From Trichoplax adhaerens (lineage: Eukaryota > Animalia > Placozoa), in NCBI RefSeq assembly GCF_000150275.1, contig NW_002061025.1:1-17450 (forward strand): a stretch of 17,450 bases of DNA, given 5' to 3'. The position numbers were made by a program, and so were the translations under genes. Positions 10,001 to 17,450 of the stretch are shown piece by piece. Position 1 is the first letter of the stretch. Every line of letters starts with the position of its first letter. The notes beneath the pieces were generated by a model. It was not told the DNA's origin and ran no database searches. It saw only the letters and a list, made by a program, of their open reading frames with translations.

Positions 10001-13000
10001 NNNNNNNNNNNNNNNNNNNNNNNNNNNNNNNNNNNNNNNNNNNNNNNNNNNNNNNNNNNNNNNNNNNNNNNNNNNNNNNNNNNNNNNNNNNNNNNNNNNN
10101 ACTAATTAATCATTGGAAGAATTACAAATACTTCAGTCTTTTATCCAAGGTACATAATTNTGAGTCTCTCGAAGAATACCCTAATTCAGTTTGAAAGTAA
10201 ACTCTTACGAATGAAAATGAACAATTTCTATATGAGAGTGTGGAAGATCGAAAGATGAAAGGTACTGAATTTGCTTAATGAGAAAGAATTACATGAAGAA
10301 ATCGATCGCGTCAAGAAATCTTTCGATCAAGGGATTCCCAAAATAGGTGTTGAGATAGAAAGTAAATTGAAAAGTAATCATGATCAAATAATAGAAGACT
10401 GTAGTAATGAATGAATTATTGCATCATCAATGATATAATTTTGTTGAGTAATGAATTCTATGTTAACACCTAGCCATTAATTAACTACTATTCAATGTTA
10501 AAGAAAGTGTGTTGTGATTCTTGCTATATTCAGTAGGTGGACTTGGCTATAAATGGATGATTGTTTAGCACCAACGAAGTTGGTGAGGCTCTATAAAAGC
10601 CTGAAAGTTCTTGATTGAGGGAGTTGATAAGTTAGTCGATAATAGATGGTTATCAGTTGTTAGTAGTCGATTCTAAGTTGTGAGTTCCATTGGTCATTTT
10701 AATCAATAGCTTTTAGAATAAAGTTTTGGTTCTTAACGTGAGTATTCTATCGTCTAAGACTCGAATCTAAGTTTGGTAGATTAAAGAGTGCTTAGAGTTC
10801 GTTGCTCCGATAGTTAAGACTACATTAAAGGAAAGAATCCCGTTCAATTTTGTCCAGTAAGCTCGGTTGTGACATCATTGGTGGCAGCGATGGGATTCAC
10901 CCAACACTATTAGCTAGTGCCGAAGTGAACGAAGAAGACAACTTTTTGTATTGAGTACGCGTACACACACACTAGGATAAAGTTATTTTACACTTAACTA
11001 GAAGAAACCTGCGAATACTGTCATAAACAATTTCAATCCATTGAAGCAAATTACCGTAGCTGCGGTGATTTAAGAAAAGAAATACATACTGTACTGTACT
11101 AGAGTTTATAGTAACATTAGTAACATCCCTTACGATACTAATTGCAACAGACTAAAATCACAGATGGTAATTACTGAACAAAACTATCGCTGGCATTACT
11201 GAGATCATGGTAGCATACCAGTAGAATCATTATTTTGATTCTGATTACATATAAAATTGAATGCATCAATTTTACCTTTCCTTTTACCTTGAGAGGTCGC
11301 TGCAGCTATTGCCTCTGAGCTTCCCTTTTCATCAATTTTATTAATTATATTTTCTTCCATTTTGCCCAATCGATTTTCCATCCGTTCAACTCGGCTATCC
11401 GTCCTTTCAGTTGTACCTTCTATCCGTTCAGTTCGGCATCAATCCTTTCAGTTGTACCTTCTATCCGTGTCAGTTCGGCTATCTATCCTTTCAGTTTTGC
11501 CGTCGATTCTATCAGTTCTGTCATCAATCCTTTCAGTTGTATCTTCTATCCGTTCAGTTCGGCCATCTATCCTTTCAGTTCTGTCGTCAATCCTTTCAGT
11601 TGTACCTTCTATCCGTTCAGTTCGGCTATCTATACTTTCTAAACGACATATCACTTTGTCATATTGTTCAGCAAAACGATCCAATAGTGAATTATTTTTT
11701 TCCGTAATGTCTTTTATCAACTGCGTTAATTTCTTTATGTCGTCAATGCTGTTATTAATATCGGAGACATTATTTAAAGTTTCTAAAATTTTTTCAATGT
11801 TAGCTTGGACTGGTTTCATAACATCGTCATTTAAACTTTGTACGTCTTCCTTTATTCTATCAAGCATCGTTACTATCAATGACTTTTCGTCTACTAAGAC
11901 CTCGTTTAATATATTTTGAGCATAGTGTTTTAGATCTTCAACATTTTCAACTTTGCCCAATTGGGTCTGATATTTGAAGTTTTTTTCAATAGCAGATGAA
12001 TCCAAAAGCTCGTAAGATTCTTTATTGATTGAGCCAGAGCCCTCAAGGAATGATTTTTGGCGGAAGCCATATTCACAAATGTCGCTTTTTTCCCCCTTCA
12101 ATTTGTAGTACTTTACTGTGTTGTCCTCGACAGTCCTAATGCCAATATTTTTAAATAACTTGGAGGTTTTGATCTTTTTCTCTCCATTTTCTGCTAAAAC
12201 TTTTAATTCACTTCCAGTACCTTTTGACCTACGATACGAATATTGCATATGTTCATTTTGTGTTCAGCAAATTCTTAATCCATTATAGAAATGTGAAGAG
12301 AACGACATTCTAGACCACTAAGTCCATTTTTATAGCGAATGCTACCCAACATGAAGCAAAGTACTCTACAAAACTACGTATATTAATGCAAGATGTTATA
12401 TTCACAAATGTAGATTAAATTGCATAATCATAAGTTACAAGACAGCTGATAGCAGCTGATAGGTTATAAAAGCCTGCGCATGTTGATAATATAATAAATT
12501 ACCCATCACCATTAAAAGACCGTGGATGGAAAATGCTTTACTCATATTTGCATGTAAGTATACAAGGGACCTTGCAGATATTCAATCAGCTATATTCCGG
12601 TTACATTTAGCGATTAATATATTTTAATTCTAAATAAAAAGTATTTCTAATTTTCATGAATTAGGTTACCAATCATTTCTTATAGGATTACCGAGGCAAT
12701 TCAACTAATAAAAACGTATCTCGCAGTATTAGGCCCAGCTAATTTTAAAATCAATAGTGCTGAAACTTAGGGTAAATGGTTTAATTAATGATGCACCACT
12801 GTACGAGTTTATATCCGAACTTTATACCACTTGAAAATTAAGATATTCCATCAAAGCAATACCGTAAGTAAACTGATATATGCCCCTGAGTGATGGAAAA
12901 ATTGTTATGTAAACCGGAAATTTGGACAAGAGGGTAAAAACAGATTATCCTTGCTTTAGTGCTATATCGTACACCTTTCAATTGGCATAAAGTTTGGAAT

Positions 13001-14090
13001 ATATGCAGACTCTAACAGATGTGCATCAGTGTTTAAGCTATTTCCAGTAAATATCAAAGTTGGCGGCAGTAATACTGGCTAAGTTTAATGATCCTTTACA
13101 ATGCCATCATGGCAACTATGCTCTTGAACGATGTGTTAAGCGACGAGGGTTACATAAGGGTTAAGCAAGCACTCACAGCGGGACTACAGTACGCTTGACA
13201 TAGTGACGATAAGAACTCCATTGCCTTTTTTTATAGTAACTAATGTGAATCAAAAACATTCCCTTACTAGATTACTCACTACTAAAATAATGTTAGAAAA
13301 GTTCATATTGAGAGTAATAAGCAAAGATAATCCAAGTCAAACATGTACGAAAATTTAAAATAGATATCGTGCAGAGTTTCTACGACATGAATTTAGAAAT
13401 TCAAACCGCCTTGTTGCGTAAATAATTAGTGAAACACTTGGAAAGAAAATCTGTTCATACATACAGGCAGGAATCCCTGTTTTTCTTGCTAAAACCAGGG
13501 CAGGCAATACTTTTGATAGCAAACTTAGCTCGATCAACTGGCTTTGACTTTTCGTTCACGAAGGCTTCAATAATAGCATCAGTCATGTCATTAGCAAATT
13601 TTTTAATATAATGATAATCGATTTCATCGGAGATATAATGTATTTGTTGTTCAAACATGAACAAGATTTCCAAAGCCATCATTGAGATTGCCAATGTGGT
13701 ATCGTCATTATCGGGTGCTATTTTGTCAATAAGTTCTTTCAATTTCTCTCTCTTGCATTTTTGGAGATACCATACAATACCTTCGCCCAACAACTGTATT
13801 ATGCTGTTTACAATAGCAGAACATCTAAAAACGCTTGATACTACGCCTGTGACTGCCGTTGCTGTATCTGAAGCCGCGCTCCCCAAGAAATTGAATGCAA
13901 CTTTCACACCTTTTCCTGTTTTGCCTAGTGGTGCACTCTCTTCGTTTTCTACAACTTTGGAGGCAATTTCCAGTTTTGCAATGAATTTGAGTATAAAGTG
14001 CTTCAGAAATTGTTTGAATTTCAAACCATCGCTATTGTTAGGATCATCCAATTCTTTTGGCCAATTGCTTATAGTTTGTTGGCTTGCCAT
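779..14090 (-). CDS. Apaf-1-like NB-ARC (AP-ATPase/STAND) protein with non-CARD N-terminal helical domain + coiled coil and C-terminal divergent WD40-like propeller region; 21-exon model, ~1707 aa
   Basis: Manual splicing with GT-AG junctions and compatible phases: 14090-13465, 13239-13177, 12228-11276, 8795-8568, 7604-7479, 7386-7235, 6854-6418, 5132-4814, 4366-4179, 4090-3934, 3747-3628, 3553-3389, 3291-3088, 2998-2681, 2568-2430, 2350-2256, 2161-2018, 1848-1687, 1522-1343, 1213-1166, 1078-779 (sum 5124 nt). NB-ARC motifs occur in canonical order. Caveats: compensating indels with a stop in exon 3, and intron 3 spans the N gap. Confidence 0.75.
1166..1213 (-). CDS. Exon 20 (KDDELLLLLENGDHIA)
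   Basis: cattatag| ... |gtaaga, 16 codons, phase 0-0. Confidence 0.62.
1343..1522 (-). CDS. Exon 19 (CYKFGD...IDYVM)
   Basis: tattgtag| ... |gtaagt, 60 codons; overlaps track ORF 1253-1453. Confidence 0.72.
1687..1848 (-). CDS. Exon 18 (TSYVGEKW...YLYVWE...SLK)
   Basis: tatttcag| ... |gtaagc, 54 codons. Confidence 0.75.
2018..2161 (-). CDS. Exon 17 (LIEFVG...LILMN)
   Basis: gttgcag| ... |gtatgt, 48 codons. Confidence 0.72.
2256..2350 (-). CDS. Exon 16 (DKIAWQ...TVNIFD)
   Basis: aactaag| ... |gtaggt, phase 1-0, open frame. Confidence 0.65.
2430..2568 (-). CDS. Exon 15 (KHILKM...FIPGSHRLLIY...YEYNLQ)
   Basis: atatgtag| ... |gtaaga, open frame. Confidence 0.75.
2681..2998 (-). CDS. Exon 14 (MWNVKK...ECITR)
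   Basis: ggatag| ... |gttagt, 106 codons; QIE|MWNV is a WD-like junction; matches track ORF 2651-2998. Confidence 0.78.
3088..3291 (-). CDS. Exon 13 (IWKIEG...CQIE)
   Basis: ttattag| ... |gtaagc, 68 codons; the EVR|IWKI junction forms a WD-like strand. Confidence 0.78.
3389..3553 (-). CDS. Exon 12: WD40-like blade (WIVYDL...VQFCP...LSGDSREVR)
   Basis: ttcttag| ... |gttagc (alternative donor at 3395), open frame. Confidence 0.75.
3628..3747 (-). CDS. Exon 11: WD40-like blade (IQDYQT...VEISADGRTAAF)
   Basis: ttaatag| ... |gtagca, 40 codons; the ISADGR turn is typical of propeller blades. Confidence 0.75.
3934..4090 (-). CDS. Exon 10: start of putative beta-propeller region
   Basis: caaatag| ... 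|gtatgt, open frame, phase 2-0. Confidence 0.75.
4179..4366 (-). CDS. Exon 9: end of HD2 (NWEDFDQLKQLL...NVVQMIL...ALQLAEE)
   Basis: Open frame between acattcag| and |gtaagt; resembles the Apaf-1 HD2 'NIVQLGL' helix region. Confidence 0.85.
4814..5132 (-). CDS. Exon 8: WHD end (LHDL, MHD-type motif) and HD2
   Basis: CVLHDLMVDYL...DDGYFYSNLIHH...TDFDWMTRKI, Apaf-1-like; acceptor tgtcaag|, donor |gttgga. Confidence 0.93.
6014..6315. repeat. Diverged intronic tandem duplication (approx. 6014-6098 vs 6171-6315)
   Basis: Shared ordered blocks caatctgttcattc, gcattgcaaaatt, ttaacttgg, cagtattcta, ccaaaattaa. Confidence 0.7.
6418..6854 (-). CDS. Exon 7: HD1 with CQGLPLA motif and winged-helix domain
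   Basis: GLPL motif, LSVDSL, LAVF, SLW, KSLL; acceptor ttgtatag|, donor |gtaagt. Confidence 0.95.
7235..7386 (-). CDS. Exon 6: Walker B (LFIFDDIW) and sensor-1 (SICTSR)
   Basis: Resembles the Apaf-1 LLILDDVW and ILLTTR motifs; acceptor ataacag|, donor |gttagt. Confidence 0.93.
7479..7604 (-). CDS. Exon 5: NB-ARC (GNISNTELCQKLKRIG...AYLCSSLE)
   Basis: Acceptor aatttag|, donor |gtgatt, phase 1-1; part of track ORF 7468-7716. Confidence 0.85.
8568..8795 (-). CDS. Exon 4: NB-ARC start with Walker A / P-loop (ILIHGMAGSGKTT)
   Basis: Not in the ORF track (no start codon). Translation EIPLRQLPPTPESHYVIRKKIVDQICTQLQEIDKSNGKILIHGMAGSGKTTTVCQSVRQ...CYWMKIG; Apaf-1 has HGMAGCGKS. Acceptor caattag|, donor |gtaagt. 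Confidence 0.93.
9216..9796. repeat. Diverged intronic direct duplication, 369-bp offset (approx. 9216-9427 vs 9585-9796)
   Basis: Shared blocks aactagg, tatgtgttggaagg, attctttca, aactacaatct, ctatgttaaaat, aaggaaac, gatcaatt, tcagttt. Confidence 0.8.
9844..10100. other. Assembly gap (N run)
   Basis: Run of n; a further single n at 10160. Confidence 0.99.
11276..12228 (-). CDS. Exon 3: end of N-terminal domain + long coiled coil with heptad tandem repeats (frame interrupted 11437-11469)
   Basis: Acceptor tatcgtag| at 12228 (phase 2); 266-aa track ORF. The same frame resumes after the indels (RVERMENRLGKMEENIINKIDEKGSSEAIAAATSQ). Phase-1 donors at 11288 or 11276. Confidence 0.75.
11382..11633 (-). 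repeat. Coding minisatellite, 12 x 21 bp, consensus peptide I[DE]xxTER
   Basis: Plus-strand units such as tcctttcagttgtaccttcta and tccgttcagttcggctatcta; 252 bp = 12 units. Confidence 0.92.
13177..13239 (-). CDS. Exon 2 (63 nt, YYKKRQWSSYRHYVKRTVVPL)
   Basis: Acceptor cacattag|, donor |gtgagt, open frame; phase 2-2 joins exons 1 and 3 in frame. Confidence 0.65.
13465..14090 (-). CDS. Exon 1: N-terminal helical domain of unknown family (MASQQTISNW...KKNRDSCL)
   Basis: Long ORF (211-aa track ORF) with donor CT|GTATGT at 13465/13464 (phase 2). An AG lies 2 nt upstream of the ATG, so an upstream exon is likely. Confidence 0.8.
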
Positions 14091-14700
14091 TTCTATTGAG
14101 CAGGAATTGACACGCAGGTTCTCTTATGCACCCACTTCTATAGAAAGTCAATAATACAAATTTGAAGCAACATGCAAATGAAAGCTAAAAATGCAGTTAA
14201 ACTGAAGATAATTAATTTGTTGAGTAAAACACTTATAAATGTAATAGTAACTTTTAACTAGATAGTTTGATATTAATAAGTCGATGAATTTTCGCTAGCT
14301 TGATAATTATATTGTTACATAGTACTTTGAAATGCAAGCCAAAAGAGTTAATGTCAATAGATCACAACATTAAGCGTCCAAGCATAATCTAACAAGTATA
14401 ATTTCATAACGAATCATATGGGATATTTCTCTACTGCTTATTATCGATAAAACAATTTGAAAATCTTAGACTACTCACACTAATCCGCTTCATATTTTTG
14501 TTGTGGACTACACCCTGAACTCACGACTCGCTCGCTATTCTACTCAAATCAGCTGATTGAAGTTATACAGCTATATGTATCATCAGGGACTACTGGAAAA
14601 CTTTTCAGTTATTCCTGTTAATTAATACTGTACTCAAAATGGATACAGAACAACCTATCATAGTGTAGAACTTGCTATATATATGTTATGTTTAAGACGA

Positions 14701-15801
14701 TGAGTTTGCAATCTAATTTATTACGCTAACACATTAGCTCCAATTTTTGATGTCATCACGCTTCCGTCAAGCAAATTTTTGGCATAAAAATAAGCAGAAT
14801 ACTGTTCCGTCTAGGATAAATAATTTTCGACGATTTTAGATACGTAGTAAAGAAATCGTGATGTTTAAGATGATAAGTTTACAATCTAATCTGTCATAAA
14901 TAAGATCGATTTGTGAGTAATTCTAAATTCGAAATCACTGCATTTGCTTCGTGTCAGACCCACACTACTAAAAATTAAGTGGAGTATGATATTTGAATTT
15001 TAGGATAGTGGGTAGAAGAATATAGATTAGGTTATTGCAGTTGGATCGTCTGCCAAAGTAACAAAATATGTATTTATAACTGGAAATAATCGCAGTCAAC
15101 TCACCTCCCAAGTTCAAGCCTTATTCTCTAGAAGTAAATCTCTTAATAAACGATAAACCTATCTGCGAATTAAGAAAACACTAATTTGCAAAAATCTAGA
15201 GTATAATCGTGTTAACTATGTAGTCCTTTTTATTATCATACGCGTACACGTATCATTTATTATCCATCAATCTAATCTAAATGAAGCAATTTCCGGTTTG
15301 TGAAGTGAAACGCTTTAGCCATATGTTTACTCACATTTAGTACGTATATTTAACTCGTACAATGTAATTAACCATAAGCAGATTTATTTCTTCATTTATC
15401 CCCATTTATTTCCTAAAGAGATGATGTAAGTCAACGAGAATATAGGTACCTATCCATGTGCTTACAACTTTACGAAATGATACTAATCCTATTCGCTAAA
15501 ACTGATGGACTATACTGTACAGTATAAACTCCTAATGATTCTTTATAAACCGTTAAAAGTAAATTGTCTGTAAGCTATTTAAGACCAAAGAAATAAAATA
15601 TCAGCAAGAACAAGTAATTTTTATCTCTGTGTTTCAGATAGTGAGTTCGCAATCTAGTTTATTGACGCTAACACATTAGCTCCATTTTTGGATGTCTTTA
15701 CGCTTGTTTTAAGTACACTTTTGGCATGAAAATAAGTAGAGCGCTATTCTATCTAGGATAGATGATTTACGATGATTGTAGATACGTAGTGAAGAAATAG
15801 T
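14701..15801. repeat. Dispersed direct repeat ~160 bp (approx. 14701-14859 and 15642-15801)
   Basis: Shared acgctaacacattagctcca, tttggcat, tctaggata, tagatacgtagt, aagaaat in the same order. Confidence 0.85.
15105..15158 (-). other. Possible 5' UTR exon of the NB-ARC gene
   Basis: gcagatag| acceptor and strong GAG|gtgagt donor; could splice to the acceptor 2 nt upstream of the ATG at 14090. No transcript evidence. Confidence 0.3.
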
Positions 15802-16459
15802 AGGCTTTAAAACAAAAATCTTGCGATACGTACGTTCAATTTTATAAATTTAATACTGTATCAAAATAAAATAAATCACAAGCTCAGGTTAAAATCTGGA
15901 ACAGGGATTATCGAGTAATGTTAAGTTAAGAATGGAATTAAAGGCGTCAAGCTTATGATAAACACGTGGCATATAAAAATAAAATACATGGGAGGAAATA
16001 TAGAGAATTTGAGATGAACACTTTTTAAATTAGTTTTGAACGATAATGTCTATCCGTACCAGTTCACTCCTGCTTGATTTATTGGGATAGACTGGATACA
16101 ACGTTTAATGAGTATTTCACAGTTCTTGAATCTTGATGCTCAAGCTGACAGTTTAATGGAGCTGATGAAGAAAAAGTAATTAACGAATTTGTCTGTCAAA
16201 AAGGCGGAAAGAGTGAGATAGGAAGGGAAAGTAGAAAACGCATTTATTCGACTGTCATGCGATCACATTATTGACTTTGAGTTCATTAATAAATGAATAA
16301 TGTAACAGCACCGCTTGCAAAGAAAGAAATAACAATAAACTGTTCTTAACTTCTTAATTGGATGTTGAATTTGAGCTATTATCATGCAAATGAAATTAGA
16401 ATTCAGGAACGGTAGATTGACAATAGTTTTAGAGCTTACCAAAGTTTTAATAACATTAA

Positions 16460-17320
16460 CATTTATTGGTACTGCTAAAGTCAAAGAAGTGATGATATAT
16501 GGTTTCCAATGTATCTTGGTCCCTTCAAAGGTTTCAATAGAGGAACAGTATATAGTAGGTCATCATCATTAATTGTAATTCAGCTCGTTTAAGAACTTGT
16601 TATTCCAGTCAGTAAGCATATTTTATAGGTCAATTTGTATTATGACTTAGTTCGAACAGTGTACATAATAGTAATAATACGAGATTCAGTACTATCATTT
16701 AACTGATCGCAGGTAACATTTTGCAAGTCTAGATAAACTGCACTCGCCTACGACGGTAATAGAGCAGCTGTGTTGTCAATTCTGCCGAACCCTTCGTTGG
16801 CTATCTCATATTTCATAAGTCCATGGAGTACTTTCATATAGTTCCATTTTGATATAGGTATTCTTTGCGAAAGCATAGCTTGTACCGCATGAGCAGTTGT
16901 ATACACATTCTCGAATTGATAAGTTGTTTTGGATTGCTTTAAGAGTAAAGCTTGGAAGCCTTTAGATATAGCACTATTACTACTGTTATCGGCACAATTT
17001 AGGGCTAAAATTGTCATTGCTGTTGTATCTAAATCAACCCAAGTTCCATCTGATGATTGCATTACTTGTAATTTATAGACTAGATTCGATTTATATTTGC
17101 TGTTTGTCAATCAAATATGGAGTACATCACTTCTACCCATATAAAGTTATTTTCCTGGGTAATATTGTATAGGAGTACCTGTTGATTCTTAACAGGCCAA
17201 TCGATCGACCTAACACAGCGATTTGCTTGAACTATTATAATTCTTGATGTTTAAACTAGCAAGAAAACTGTGAAATGGAATACAAAAAATAATATTAAGG
17301 CGAGAATCTTTGTCTTAAAG
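16460..17320 (-). pseudogene. Decayed cobalamin-binding protein (transcobalamin / gastric intrinsic factor family-like)
   Basis: Motifs DTTAMTILALNC, FENVYTTAHAVQAM, KWN, GFGRIDNTAALLPS*ASAVYLDLQNVTC resemble the family alpha-domain (intrinsic factor ILPSLKGKTYLDVPQVTC). These are followed by IITIMYTV and, in other frames, QVLKRAE and FEGTKIHWKPYIITSL, resembling the beta-domain. In-frame stops at 16748-16750 and 16640-16642, plus frameshifts. Boundaries are approximate. Confidence 0.72.
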
Positions 17321-17450
17321 GCAGATGAGTAGAAAAGAGTGAAAGGCGAAAAATAACTGTGTCTTCTCGTCTGTTATATCATCATTAATATACGGTACCT
17401 ATTGACCTGGTACTGTTTGAATAATTAATTTATAGTTACCACGCTCATTA

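Noticed and set aside
9795-10109. 104-aa ORF
   Set aside because: Artefact of the N gap.
11382-11633. Regular short repeats resembling a CRISPR array
   Set aside because: Contiguous tandem units with no unique spacers, coding heptad periodicity, eukaryotic context and no cas genes.
11362-11919. Plus-strand ORFs of 185 aa and 98 aa with S/V/L/R or F/Q repeats
   Set aside because: Antisense shadows of the 21-bp coding repeat in exon 3.
13657-14154. Plus-strand 165-aa ORF (also 13429-13611 + and 13355-13537 -)
   Set aside because: Shadow or alternative-frame ORFs overlapping exon 1; no motifs.
16748-16750. TAG as stop-codon readthrough or recoding in the cobalamin-binding gene
   Set aside because: Additional stops and frameshifts downstream make pseudogenisation the simpler explanation.

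Overview
AT-rich eukaryotic genomic DNA with many short GT-AG introns and an N gap at 9844-10100. The composition, gene style and gene content suggest an early-branching animal such as the placozoan Trichoplax, but this is inference only. Most of the window (779-14090, minus strand) can be spliced by hand into one phase-consistent 21-exon model of about 1,700 aa, encoding an Apaf-1-like STAND/NB-ARC ATPase. The core motifs are P-loop HGMAGSGKT, Walker B LFIFDDIW, sensor ICTSR, CQGLPLA and LHD, followed by HD2 and a ~670-aa divergent WD40/beta-propeller-like region. Instead of a CARD, the model has ~550 N-terminal residues: an unrecognised helical domain with a long uncharged Gly/Ala/Ser/Thr-rich hairpin-like stretch, then a coiled coil built partly from 12 x 21-bp tandem repeats. 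The repeat array carries a +1 and a -1 indel with a stop codon between them. The link from the N-terminal exons to the NB-ARC exons crosses the assembly gap and is unproven. The right end holds a decayed cobalamin-binding (transcobalamin/intrinsic factor-like) gene. Several diverged local duplications are also present.
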